This document shows, one piece after another, positions 29,214-38,966 of a stretch of 64,000 bases of DNA (the stretch's first letter is position 1; the number at the start of each line of letters is the position of its first letter). The notes beneath the pieces are model-generated. The model did no database searches. It was not told the origin of the DNA and worked only from the letters and a program-made list of their open reading frames with translations. Made by a program: the position numbers and the translations under genes. Location of the stretch: positions 1 to 64,000 of the IMG/VR virus record IMGVR_UViG_3300043425_001634. The stretch is one strand, 5' to 3'. This DNA comes from a virus.

Positions 29214-30146
29214 TTAAAACAAACTGAGTTGCTGTTGATCATTTGAAACATAGGTTGCGCTAAATAATTGCTTCCTGATCAACAGCAACTCAGTTTTCTT
29301 TGACCTGGTTTGCTTTTTGTCTTTTTTCCTAATTCCTGTTGATATGGTCGAATACTTAACGTGGTACTCCCAAGAACTTTCATTATATAAACTTCGCACA
29401 AAAGGATGATCATAGTAACTTACTACTGGTTGCCCCTTGCATTCGTGAAGCAACTCCGCCAGCCTTATATGATCTTTTTCACCAAAAGTATGGCTGTAAT
29501 ATTGCTCTTTCTCGACATACGGCGGGTCACAATAAAATAAAGTATGTGGCGTGTCCCATCGCGTAATACAGCGCTCAAAACAGTCATTTTCAATGTAAGC
29601 TGACTTAAAATATTTTAATGCAACTTGCAATCTTTTTGGTATGCCGCTCCAATCGGTAATTGAATTTTGAGAGCCCCATTCTTTTGCCGTCTGAAATCCC
29701 CAAGTTTCATTTTGTTTAGCAAAAGATTGCCAGTTCTTGACTAAATATTTTCTGGCTTTTTCTATCGGATCTTCGCAATTAGGCGAATTTTTAGCGTTGT
29801 TAAATTCTATCCTAGAATAAGGCGTTAGAGCAATTGCAGCTTGCAATTGCTCTGGAAAATCCCGGCAAACTTTAAATAGGTTAATGATTTCATCATCAAT
29901 ATCGTTTAATATAGCCCTAGGAGAGTTTTCTTGCTTTTTGATTTCGCCAAAAACTCCTTCTTGGATTAATTTAAAATAGACAGCAGCCGACCCGCAAAAT
30001 GGTTCGCAATACATACTCCAATTAAACTTTTTCAAATGACTGCATATCCAAGAAGACATTTGAACCTTTCCACCTGGTCTGCCGATAATTGGGCGTGGAA
30101 CTTCGGATAAGTAACTCATGACTGTTGTGTAATTGCTGTGTGACAA
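29214..30146 (-). CDS. DNA adenine methyltransferase (Dam/D12 class); likely start ATG 30119
   Basis: PGGK, YCEPFCGSAAV, ILNDID and FYCDPPY motifs; ends QLSLF. Confidence 0.92.
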   Translation of the reverse strand: MSHSNYTTVMSYLSEVPRPIIGRPGGKVQMSSWICSHLKKFNWSMYCEPFCGSAAVYFKLIQEGVFGEIKKQENSPRAILNDIDDEIINLFKVCRDFPEQLQAAIALTPYSRIEFNNAKNSPNCEDPIEKARKYLVKNWQSFAKQNETWGFQTAKEWGSQNSITDWSGIPKRLQVALKYFKSAYIENDCFERCITRWDTPHTLFYCDPPYVEKEQYYSHTFGEKDHIRLAELLHECKGQPVVSYYDHPFVRSLYNESSWEYHVKYSTISTGIRKKDKKQTRSKKTELLLIRKQLFSATYVSNDQQQLSLF

Positions 30147-30266
30147 GGAATTTCCATTGATCTCTAATGACTTAGATGCAGCATTAGAGTAAAATATTTA
30201 TCTTGAACAAGGCAATCAAGTAACGTCAAATCATAAACAATAAAAGCCTGAAAATAATTTAGGCTT

Positions 30267-30899
30267 TTATTGTAAGGGGATAGATTCATCAATCAATTCC
30301 CATTGCACATCTCGATTAATTAAATTAGTGCTGGACGGCAATTTGATCGTATAGAGTCGGTCGGAATCTAAATCGTAGACTTTAGAGAACTGAGCCTTTT
30401 TGTCGTCAATAAATACCAATGGGGCATTCAGCCAATTTTCTTCAGTGATCGCAGGACAAAGTACATAAATCCAAGCATTTGCCAAAACGCGGGGTTTGTG
30501 TACCGAGAATCCGCGATCTCGATAACCTAGCTGATCTACCGGCAGGTAACTAGCCGCCCAATCTGGAAACAAATTATCCTCGATCAAGGAAATAATCGTC
30601 TGACAGACAGCAAAACTGTAGTGTTCGTCTTTAGGCCAAAAATGGCAAAATTCCTTTGTAGTTGAATATGGAGGTTTGGTTTTCTGGGAATTTACATAGA
30701 CCGCAGTAAGTTGGGCGATCGCGATTTCCTGAAGATGCAATTTTTGAGATTGAATTCTTTCGCCACTTGCCAGTGCATCCAGGATCAGCCATACGGGTTG
30801 ACTTGAAAAATTTTCTTCATTAAATCGCGAATCATGCGGCCATAAGTCCCTTAATCGCCAGAAGATTTCGTTCCAATCTGTTTTTTGCTGGGCTTTCCC
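30267..30899 (-). CDS. Tail assembly chaperone GT extension, reached by -1 frameshift
   Basis: The -1 frame from GGGAAAG (30899-30893) is open (GKAQQKTDWNEIFWRLRDLW...) and continuous with ORF 30267-30740. Confidence 0.8.
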   Translation of the reverse strand, partial: GKAQQKTDWNEIFWRLRDLWPHDSRFNEENFSSQPVWLILDALASGERIQSQKLHLQEIAIAQLTAVYVNSQKTKPPYSTTKEFCHFWPKDEHYSFAVCQTIISLIEDNLFPDWAASYLPVDQLGYRDRGFSVHKPRVLANAWIYVLCPAITEENWLNAPLVFIDDKKAQFSKVYDLDSDRLYTIKLPSSTNLINRDVQWELIDESIPLQ

Positions 30900-31615
30900 T
30901 CTTCAGCGGCTTTTCGAGTTTCCTCCTCAGAAGGAATTTGTTTTTCAGATTCAGTCGAGTCCTCTTCTAAGTTTTCTTCCTTACGGAAAAACTTGTAAAA
31001 TTCATTGATCAATTCAACCGGCAATTCCCCAACTTCTTCTTCAGTGATAATTTCATAATCTTCAAGGATCTTTGATTCTAACCCTTTAAGGAATTTAGTA
31101 ATCTCGCTTGCTGGCACCATTCCGTTAGATTTGGCCATCCATTCTTTAATCTGAGGATGCAATACCAACATGATCTGACTAACAACTGACTTGATAGCTG
31201 AAGTCGAAACGGCTAAGTTTTCAGAATGCTGTGTCTTGTTGAGTAATCGACACTGCAAAATCGCTTGAGTTGCAACAACGGAAGATCGTGCTTCGTTGTT
31301 ATTAAACAATGACCAAATCTGTTTTAGGTCTGCTAAATATTTTTGACGAATATCCTCAAGCCCTTCAAATCCAGGATTTGTGACGAGCGCGTAGGCGTCT
31401 TTGTAAGAGATGCCTTCGTCGTCTGTAATTTTAATAATTAATTTGCTCAAACTAGAATGAACGTCTGGCAGAATAGATCGCAATTCATCCATCATTGCTT
31501 TTTCTGCTTGCAGTAACCCAGTCTTGGGGACAGCAATAATCCCAATATTTTCATTGCCAATTTCAACTTCAGTGGTTTTTGGCAATACCTTAAAAACAGA
31601 CTTAAGACGAGACAT
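30851..31615 (-). CDS. Tail assembly chaperone G
   Basis: Directly downstream of the tail tube gene; G-GGA-AAG slippery site near the C-terminus. Confidence 0.8.
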   Translation of the reverse strand: MSRLKSVFKVLPKTTEVEIGNENIGIIAVPKTGLLQAEKAMMDELRSILPDVHSSLSKLIIKITDDEGISYKDAYALVTNPGFEGLEDIRQKYLADLKQIWSLFNNNEARSSVVATQAILQCRLLNKTQHSENLAVSTSAIKSVVSQIMLVLHPQIKEWMAKSNGMVPASEITKFLKGLESKILEDYEIITEEEVGELPVELINEFYKFFRKEENLEEDSTESEKQIPSEEETRKAAEEGKPSKKQIGTKSSGD

Positions 31616-31663
31616 ATTAACTCCTAAACGAATAAGGGATATTCAACAATATCCCTTTTAAAA

Positions 31664-32377
31664 TTACGCAGCCGGGGTGTAGCTTACTGGTCCAGTAAAG
31701 CTAAATTCAATGTTTCCTGAAATCAGTCCTTTTGGAGTTGCTTCGATCGGCATGGATGTAATGACGGCAAAGCCCTCGTAGGTATCGCCAGCGGTAAATA
31801 CATCTCCGCAGCCTGGTTTGGGAAAAACGATTTTTAAATACACTTTTCCGCTGCCACCATCCGCAAAAGCGTATCGAGTGTAATGGCAGGTTTGCCAGCC
31901 TGGATCTGTGGGCAAATAGTTGCCATTAGCGGATAAGTTATAACCTAATGCTGTAAACTCAAAAGCCTTCCAGCCATCATTGTCAAAGTCTTCCGATTCA
32001 ACGTTTTCATCTTGAGTGGAAAGGTTGGCTGAATTTCTGCCGCCTAATCGACAAGGGTATTCGGCATCAGATCCAGAAGGAATTAAAAATTTAACAGGAG
32101 CAACAGTAAGAGCCGTTGAACCGGGTGCAATATCTGAAGTTACTTTTACTGTACTTGCTTTTCCAGTTACACTATCAACAAACTTTATCCAGATCGGGGC
32201 AAGAATCGTTTTAGTGTTAGTGGATGCAGTGATTGCGATCGACGTAGCATTAACCGCGATATCAGCAGTCGCGTTAAAGGAAACTTCTTCTGGGGCGACA
32301 TAACTACAATCGTGTGCAGGAGCGCAGTAAATTCGCGTGCCACGACCTACTTCGTAATCGATAATCTCTTTAGCCAT
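31664..32377 (-). CDS. Major tail (tube) protein
   Basis: LGGRNSANLSTQDENVESEDFDNDGWK and YEGFAVITSMPIEA...IEFSFTG tube-type motifs. Confidence 0.85.
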   Translation of the reverse strand: MAKEIIDYEVGRGTRIYCAPAHDCSYVAPEEVSFNATADIAVNATSIAITASTNTKTILAPIWIKFVDSVTGKASTVKVTSDIAPGSTALTVAPVKFLIPSGSDAEYPCRLGGRNSANLSTQDENVESEDFDNDGWKAFEFTALGYNLSANGNYLPTDPGWQTCHYTRYAFADGGSGKVYLKIVFPKPGCGDVFTAGDTYEGFAVITSMPIEATPKGLISGNIEFSFTGPVSYTPAA

Positions 32378-32403
32378 TTTTGTATTTTCTCCGAGTTAAA
32401 AAA

Positions 32404-32832
32404 TTAATTCAAGGTATAGTCTTCTTCGATCAAAAACTGTCCTTTGATCGTGTAAACTAATGGCGGCGTTGTAGTTGTTTTGAATTCAATATCAAAAACA
32501 AAGTGCTGACCAGGTTCAAAGCCCGATGTATCAGCAGATTCAATAAAAGCTTTAACAGAACTAACCGCCGGGTTAATTTGAGCTAAAGTAATTCCGCCTG
32601 CCGCACCAGAAGTTTTTGTAATCACTGCTGGGCCGACAGACCCATCTGGCATAATCATTCTGCCTGTCAAAGAAGCGCTTAATCCTGTCAAGCTATCCCC
32701 TGTAATTTTTCCAACGAGAATGATCGTGTCGCTCCTAGGAAAAACTGGTGCATAGTTAAAATTAACTGGTTTGCCATTACGTTCGTAGAACAAAGACGCA
32801 TCAATACTTTTTGGCACTTTTGAACCCCTCAA
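32404..32832 (-). CDS. BppU-like Ig-fold baseplate/tail protein
   Basis: FVFDIEF...TIKGQFLIEED C-terminal signature. Confidence 0.55.
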   Translation of the reverse strand: MRGSKVPKSIDASLFYERNGKPVNFNYAPVFPRSDTIILVGKITGDSLTGLSASLTGRMIMPDGSVGPAVITKTSGAAGGITLAQINPAVSSVKAFIESADTSGFEPGQHFVFDIEFKTTTTPPLVYTIKGQFLIEEDYTLN

Positions 32833-32838
32833 TGAACA

Positions 32839-33225
32839 CTAAACAGCAACATCAGGCACTAGAGCAAAAACACCTTGTTCAAGAGTGGTGATGTCAGACC
32901 CAATCGTTCGCTCTAGGTCATAAATTAATTGAATTTTTTCTTGGAAGTGGCTGGTATCGCTAGACAATAATTTCATTTCAGCCAATAAAACGTTGCCCGA
33001 TCCATTAATACTGATCGTAAAATCAAGACTTGATTTAATAACTTGAGGACTACCATTCGGGTGATCTGCAAATAGCCTAGCGACAAAACGCAGTGTTGCA
33101 CCAGTTTGTTCTGGCTCTACAACTTTAATTCGTACAGTTTCTTGATCGCCTCGAAATATAGTTGATCCATTCAAAGGCTGCATTGCCTTTGCCAAGATTA
33201 CGCTTACCAGTCTGGGTGATTTCAT
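32839..33225 (-). CDS. BppU-like Ig-fold baseplate/tail protein
   Basis: IFRGDQETVRI...LIYDLE...TLEQGVFALVPDV. Confidence 0.6.
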   Translation of the reverse strand: MKSPRLVSVILAKAMQPLNGSTIFRGDQETVRIKVVEPEQTGATLRFVARLFADHPNGSPQVIKSSLDFTISINGSGNVLLAEMKLLSSDTSHFQEKIQLIYDLERTIGSDITTLEQGVFALVPDVAV

Positions 33226-33890
33226 AATCCTCTAAAAATTAAAGTTCCTTCTTCCAGAAAATATTTTTTAGTTGTGCTATTTTTTAACTCCAATAAAAAT
33301 TTAGTCTCATAATTTTTGTAGTTCCGAACGAAATCGGTGTCCTGTGGCAGCAAAATCACATATCCGGTGATTGTTTCATTGCCATCAAGATCAACGCTAT
33401 AATCGTCAATTGCTACCCCGCCCGGATCCAACTTAATTTGCTTAGAGAGCAATAATTCTCCTGCCAGATTCTTTAAAGTAAAAGCAATATCTAGCCCAAC
33501 CATTTTGCGGCCAAACAAATTAAATCCAAAAGAGTACGATCCGTTTTTTAACAAGGTCATATCCTTGATAGAGTGACCATCGAAAAATAACTGACCAACA
33601 GGATGCCTAACAGCAGGAATTGTCGTTAGTTTCCGGCAAGTAGCTTGAGATTTGGGATAAATTAACAAAATGCCATGCCGCACTCTTAGATATTGAGGAG
33701 CGCCAAAGCAAATATCTGATAAACCAAAAGAAATAAATCCGGCGCGATCTCTACCCGTTAAGGTGGGCGCAATTTGTGATATAGCCCCAGACAAAACTTC
33801 TGCTCCACGAATTCTTGCCAGAAAATTAACAGGAATATCGAGAGACTGAGACTGCACCAAAATTTCAGAAAAACCATATAAAATAGGCAT
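33222..33890 (-). CDS. Structural protein with C-terminal BppU-like domain
   Basis: ILLPQDT...FLLEL...YFLEEGTLIF. Confidence 0.5.
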   Translation of the reverse strand: MPILYGFSEILVQSQSLDIPVNFLARIRGAEVLSGAISQIAPTLTGRDRAGFISFGLSDICFGAPQYLRVRHGILLIYPKSQATCRKLTTIPAVRHPVGQLFFDGHSIKDMTLLKNGSYSFGFNLFGRKMVGLDIAFTLKNLAGELLLSKQIKLDPGGVAIDDYSVDLDGNETITGYVILLPQDTDFVRNYKNYETKFLLELKNSTTKKYFLEEGTLIFRGL

Positions 33891-33892
33891 AA

Positions 33893-34687
33893 TTAATCAA
33901 GAGAGACTTTGATGTCGCCAGCCAAAAACTTAAGCTGATCATTTGTAAGTAAAGCCTTTGCAGGATTGAGCATCCCATAAGCTAAATGCTGCCCACCCGA
34001 CGCAGCGTTATAAATAGAAAAGTGAGAAATATTTCCAATATCGGCAGTAGCAATGGGAAACTCAATTTCTACTGCATTTTGCTTAATCCCCCCAGATGTT
34101 GCGGGGAAGTTGGTCGCATTATTGGCGATCGGCTGACGAATATATCCGCCAATTGTCGGTTCAGTTCCAGGGGTTTGATCTGTCGGCGCTGCTGTATTTA
34201 AGCCACTATAAACAGTGGGAAACAGCGGCATTGGCACACCACGGTAAATATGATTAAAAATTAAATTCTTTAAGTATTCAGAAAAGCCACCCGCCAAAAA
34301 AGAGTGACTTAATCCGCCCGACAAAATCACCAAAGAATCACGATTTTCAATTAACTCAGTATCGGTTGAGTTGTAGTAAACGTAGCAGTTCCCTCCTACC
34401 GCTGAATCAAATAATCCGATCGCCACAACCGTTCCTTGATTTGCGGTCGCACGAGGACAAATAATATCTTGAACATTTTGGGTTTGTGCCACCGTGGAAG
34501 TAAGCCAAATATTACTCGCTGTAGCTACCCGATTGTATCCACCGCCTGCCGGTTCCGAACCTGGCCCTGACTCCCCAGGAGAAGTCAGGAAATAGCCAAT
34601 ATAAGGCGTGAATTGTGGCAGCGAAATGCCTCCGAGAATAGCATCTAAAATCTTGGCTTCTGCGTAATCTGTAAAACTTCCCGTCAT
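33893..34687 (-). CDS. Phage tail/structural protein with a duplicated ~130-aa domain
   Basis: FTDYAEAKIL...EPAGGGYNRV repeated as FSEYLKNLIF...EPTIGGYIRQ. Confidence 0.7.
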   Translation of the reverse strand: MTGSFTDYAEAKILDAILGGISLPQFTPYIGYFLTSPGESGPGSEPAGGGYNRVATASNIWLTSTVAQTQNVQDIICPRATANQGTVVAIGLFDSAVGGNCYVYYNSTDTELIENRDSLVILSGGLSHSFLAGGFSEYLKNLIFNHIYRGVPMPLFPTVYSGLNTAAPTDQTPGTEPTIGGYIRQPIANNATNFPATSGGIKQNAVEIEFPIATADIGNISHFSIYNAASGGQHLAYGMLNPAKALLTNDQLKFLAGDIKVSLD

Positions 34688-34941
34688 AAAGTGCTCCTGT
34701 TGCACAGTGAATGGTGAACAAGTTGAACTGGTGCGGTATAAGGCTGTCTTTCGTGCAATAAAATCAAAGCAATTTTTTCTTCATTTGATGGATTATGGGG
34801 CAGTCGAAGTTGATACGCTTTTGCAACAATATCAACTTCGTCCGCAGTCATCCTACAAAGCTGATCGTGGCGAGTCATTCCACCGGATACAAGAGGATCA
34901 ATAACCGTGTAAAAATTCTTCCAAGGGTGAGAGTCTACCAT
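34684..34941 (-). CDS. Small protein with HeH-like motif
   Basis: LCRMTADEVDIVAKAYQL...EEKIALIL; overlaps both neighbours. Confidence 0.5.
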   Translation of the reverse strand: MVDSHPWKNFYTVIDPLVSGGMTRHDQLCRMTADEVDIVAKAYQLRLPHNPSNEEKIALILLHERQPYTAPVQLVHHSLCNRSTL

Positions 34942-35279
34942 AAGATTTTTACTGAGTAAGAGTACCCGATAGCACGAGATAATTTTGCCTTCAAATCATC
35001 CTGATACCGCCGCAATTGACAATCTCGGTTTTTGTTAAATTCAATCACGTCAACTTTAGTCACTCCGGTTTCTTTGACTGAAATTTCATGCAATCGCTTC
35101 GACGTTTCCTTGAGTTGCTCTAACAACTCAATAACCTGTCTAACTAAATAGTCAGAAGTTTTTTCTGCATTAGCCAAGCATTGTTCAATTTCCTGAAATT
35201 TGTCTTGAGTCAACTCAAGTTCAGTTATAATTTGCCATTTTTGCTCTAAACTAAAAGCACCGCTCATTTGTTTGGACAA
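34935..35279 (-). CDS. Putative head completion/adaptor protein
   Basis: Position after the capsid gene; KVDVIEF...LSRAIG resembles head-tail connectors. Confidence 0.45.
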   Translation of the reverse strand: MSKQMSGAFSLEQKWQIITELELTQDKFQEIEQCLANAEKTSDYLVRQVIELLEQLKETSKRLHEISVKETGVTKVDVIEFNKNRDCQLRRYQDDLKAKLSRAIGYSYSVKILW

Positions 35280-35668
35280 TCAGATTTTGCGATTGGGCAA
35301 ATTTGCTTCCCGGCAAAAAAACGTTTTTTTTCTCCACAGTAAGAGCAAGTTTCTACGCCGATCGCCTGATAAAAACCAGTAGAAAATCTTGAGCGCATTT
35401 CTTGTTCTTGACTAGATTTTGGTAACGTTTCTTCTTGATCGACTGAATTGCTCTTGTCTTCGCCAATTGACTCAGGCAATTGAATCAATCCGGATCCAGA
35501 TTCAGATTGAAATAACAAATTTTGATTGCTTGATTGTTTCTCCAGGATTAAAGGAATTGCTTCAGTCCATCCATTTTCGGGTTTTGGAATTTGCAAGGAT
35601 TCAGCGATTTCCTTAATTTCTCTCCAATCAAGCTGAGATAGCTCAGTATTGGACCACATTTTAGCCAC
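35264..35668 (-). CDS. Protein with HeH/Rho_N-like N-terminus and C-terminal zinc ribbon
   Basis: ELSQLDWREIKEIAESLQI; CSYC...CP....C. Confidence 0.55.
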   Translation of the reverse strand: MAKMWSNTELSQLDWREIKEIAESLQIPKPENGWTEAIPLILEKQSSNQNLLFQSESGSGLIQLPESIGEDKSNSVDQEETLPKSSQEQEMRSRFSTGFYQAIGVETCSYCGEKKRFFAGKQICPIAKSDCPNK

Positions 35669-37519
35669 CTACACTGGAGAATCAGCTAGACGAATCTCGA
35701 CAACTCTTAATTGTTCGTTGCCCGATCCACCCGCGCGAGCGGGATCAATATCTAGCGCCCCGCAGCCTTCGTGAGATAACCAAATATAGCGGTTCAATCG
35801 GCCAAAGTCGTCATTGTTATCGCGCCGCAACATCATTGGCATTGATGTCGCCCATCCAATAGAATCGGGACCAAAGGCAAAGCCTGATCTCATTACTTTT
35901 GATGCGCCGCCGCCAACTGCTTCTTGTGCAACTCCAGTCGTTCCCACCGCACCTGTACTAAAGCTGCTGCCCTGGAAAATATGAAATCCAGCGATCTTGC
36001 CGACATATCCAGAGATTCGATTGATTTCATTATTTTGAGTTGCGTTCACGAACATATTCGTCACGCTTTCAACATTTTCTTTTGAAATATATTGATGGTG
36101 TGAATATGTGTCAGATTGCAATTGCCCAACATGATTTGGGGGGCAAGCAATTCCATAGCAACCGTCTTCGTAAGTGGGAATATTTTGTGAGGCTAAATAA
36201 GCGTACAACTGACCCAAAAATGGAACGGTCATTTGTCCACCAGAGGTCACCTGTGCCGCTGTGGAAACTACTCCACCGCCAGAACTGTAGACAACATTTG
36301 TTGTCGTAAACCAAATCTCCTGGTGGGCCAAATCCTCCCACTGAGCATAGTTATAAGCAATACGACGGCGCAGGACCATCTCTAAATCAACAAGCGAGTA
36401 AGCGGTAATAAATTCGGGAATTGCCACCGCAGGATTTGATGCAGTTTTTCCCATCCCGTTTTCGAGAATTACTACTGATTCTGCCGTGCTAGTTAAAGGC
36501 TGACTTGCGATATTAGTTGGAGTACCCGGAGTTAACGTCCAGTCGGCTGCTACCGTACCACCTTGAACGTGAGGAATACGAGGTACTAAAATCGTCTGTC
36601 CCGGAGGAATCCCTGTTTGAATTCGGCGATTACTGAATTGCCACAAAACGTGAGCGGGGGTATGCTCCAATCGCATCGACTCAGAAAGATAATCCAGAAA
36701 AAGAGGAGGCACGTCCGCTAAAGTAGTTGGGGCGTCAATACCAGCGCCGGATCCCCCGCCACCTCGCAAAAAACCGTGTTTTTTGGCATAACATTCCATG
36801 CCATCTCTAAGTGCACCACGATTTTTCTTGACGAATTTCACTAAAGGCCGGTTATCAACCTGAAGACTGACCTTTCCCGTGGCATGATCGGTTACGTGGA
36901 TACCAGATTTTTTCACTCCATCAGAAATTCTTTGAAATTCGCGAAATGCGGCGTCGCCGTCTAAGGCTTGTTTTGCAGCGGTGGCAATATATGGACCGGT
37001 TACAGCGGTAGAAGAAGGCGATCGCAGATCAAGACCTGGTACGGGAGAATAGCCAAAATCATTCACCACGCTGGCTATTAAATTTTTTTCGTCAACCGCT
37101 TTTTTTAGCTTTGCTTCGTATTCTTGCTTAAGCTGCTCTTTGGCGTCTCTTTCTTTGGTGATCTGTTCGACCAATGATTGATTTTGGTCTTCTGCCTTTG
37201 CAAGTCGCTCTGAAATGTCCTTAGTTACATCTGCGGCTTTTCTCTCAAACATTTTTTGCAGCATATCCTTGCTAAGAGAAATGTTGCCATTATCTTCAAA
37301 GCTAATCTGAGGAGTAATTGCCTGAATCGCCCGATCCAAAGACTGAGAAGGCTTGTCTTCTTCTGCGGCAGAATCACTGCCTTTAATGCTACTGGGAAAA
37401 ACCTGTACAGGAACAGAGTCACCTGAATCAGTTGTAGCTGGTTGAGTTTTTTTCAAATTATCTTTGCCTGACTTTGCCCGATTGATGGCATCGATAATAC
37501 CTTGTTCGTTTGTGGCCAT
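35669..37519 (-). CDS. Major capsid protein with N-terminal coiled-coil scaffolding domain
   Basis: GQTILVPR, YVGKIAGFHIF and DDFGRLNRYIW HK97-fold-type motifs; downstream of the protease gene. Confidence 0.85.
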   Translation of the reverse strand: MATNEQGIIDAINRAKSGKDNLKKTQPATTDSGDSVPVQVFPSSIKGSDSAAEEDKPSQSLDRAIQAITPQISFEDNGNISLSKDMLQKMFERKAADVTKDISERLAKAEDQNQSLVEQITKERDAKEQLKQEYEAKLKKAVDEKNLIASVVNDFGYSPVPGLDLRSPSSTAVTGPYIATAAKQALDGDAAFREFQRISDGVKKSGIHVTDHATGKVSLQVDNRPLVKFVKKNRGALRDGMECYAKKHGFLRGGGGSGAGIDAPTTLADVPPLFLDYLSESMRLEHTPAHVLWQFSNRRIQTGIPPGQTILVPRIPHVQGGTVAADWTLTPGTPTNIASQPLTSTAESVVILENGMGKTASNPAVAIPEFITAYSLVDLEMVLRRRIAYNYAQWEDLAHQEIWFTTTNVVYSSGGGVVSTAAQVTSGGQMTVPFLGQLYAYLASQNIPTYEDGCYGIACPPNHVGQLQSDTYSHHQYISKENVESVTNMFVNATQNNEINRISGYVGKIAGFHIFQGSSFSTGAVGTTGVAQEAVGGGASKVMRSGFAFGPDSIGWATSMPMMLRRDNNDDFGRLNRYIWLSHEGCGALDIDPARAGGSGNEQLRVVEIRLADSPV

Positions 37520-37642
37520 GATTTATTTTATTGCTGTCTTTATGGCCAATGCTAATAAAAAATAGTATGATCTTCAAGTAAATAGACATATAGCAACTAA
37601 ATAGACGCTATATGAATCAAGCTAATTGTATTTTGCCGTAAA

Positions 37643-37945
37643 ATGACAAATAATTTAAATGAACAACTTGGCTCTAGATTAAGAGAAGCAAGAAGGCTTT
37701 CTGGCATGACCCAAAAAGAAATGGCAAAAAAAATAAACTCTGAGCCATTATATTTGGAAATGGCTCAGAGAACAGTAACTCAGAAAATGGTAAGTCGAGT
37801 AGAAACGGGACAGTGTCCGGCCAGTTTTCTATACGTCCAGGTGATAGCACTCTTAACCGGGCAGCACACTAATTTCTTTACTATATTTTTGCATTCTGCG
37901 CTGAATAAGACCAGCGGCAGGCAAGTTCGGAATCAACACAAATGA
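37643..37945 (+). CDS. XRE-family HTH regulator
   Basis: LGSRLREARRLSGMTQKEMA...VSRVETG. Confidence 0.85.
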   Translation: MTNNLNEQLGSRLREARRLSGMTQKEMAKKINSEPLYLEMAQRTVTQKMVSRVETGQCPASFLYVQVIALLTGQHTNFFTIFLHSALNKTSGRQVRNQHK

Positions 37946-38965
37946 CACTTCTCCCAAGTCAATAATTCCAATTCGCTCATAATAAGGAGCAACGTTCTCT
38001 TTCCCTTTATTAAGTTCCGTAGGAACAGAGTGAGGACATTTTTTGTCCATAAAAGAACATTTGCAAATTGGGCAAAAAATGTCCTTAAACTCAAATCCTC
38101 CCAAGCTGACGGAGTTCAACAAGGAAAATCTAATTTTTTGAGCAATTGGCGAGGTTATCGGAATAGCAGCGATCGCGATAACTGAAATATATCCTTCTTC
38201 TTTAACTATTTTTTGATTAATATCTAATTGATCCTTGACTCCCATTTTTTGAACTAGCCACGAATGCTGATAAATTTCATCAGGAGAAATTATCTCGATC
38301 TTAAAATCTATCAACAAAGAATGGCTTTTATTTACTGAATCCCAGTCGTGATCCAGTGTGACGGGAATACCGCAAATCATGTTAGCCATTTTTTGCAAAT
38401 CCGGAAAAGTCCACCGACTAAAGCTTCGGTTTACTATATTGTCGGCAATGCGGATCGGGTACACTACAAACTCTTCTGCTTGAACCGAAGGAAAACCCAA
38501 AGGAATATAAGAATTGTATTTCTCTAAATATTTTTCTGACGGAATAATATTGGATTGATAGGTTTCAGCATACTCGGCGACTTGCCCGTCATCAGTGCAG
38601 TATCTTAAAGTGATTTTTTCGGGCTGAATCCGGTGATCTTTGTTAATCAACGCATCCGAAGAATAGTGTAGAATTAAAGATTTTGTGCTTGGGCTTAACC
38701 CTGCGGACTCTAATCGTTCAACCAAAGGAGAAGAAGCTATTTCTAGGTGAATATTTCCATCAGCCGAAACAGAAAGTGAAGCATCCCAAGAAATGATACT
38801 AGATTGAAGCGATTCAATGATTTTTTCAACCTGATCCACGGAAACATTTTGAGTCTCGACCAACGTAAACTTAGGAGAATACAAAAAACGAGCGCTTCCT
38901 CTGGCGTCAGAGCGAATATCAAGAGGAAATGGTAAAATTTGACAAGTAAGAGTGAGTAGAGACAT
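37853..38965 (-). CDS. Prohead maturation protease
   Basis: VTLDHDW, SVSLGG, CPIC...CPH and EVSFVLIPNLPAA. Confidence 0.8.
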   Translation of the reverse strand: MSLLTLTCQILPFPLDIRSDARGSARFLYSPKFTLVETQNVSVDQVEKIIESLQSSIISWDASLSVSADGNIHLEIASSPLVERLESAGLSPSTKSLILHYSSDALINKDHRIQPEKITLRYCTDDGQVAEYAETYQSNIIPSEKYLEKYNSYIPLGFPSVQAEEFVVYPIRIADNIVNRSFSRWTFPDLQKMANMICGIPVTLDHDWDSVNKSHSLLIDFKIEIISPDEIYQHSWLVQKMGVKDQLDINQKIVKEEGYISVIAIAAIPITSPIAQKIRFSLLNSVSLGGFEFKDIFCPICKCSFMDKKCPHSVPTELNKGKENVAPYYERIGIIDLGEVSFVLIPNLPAAGLIQRRMQKYSKEISVLPG

Positions 38966-38966
38966 A

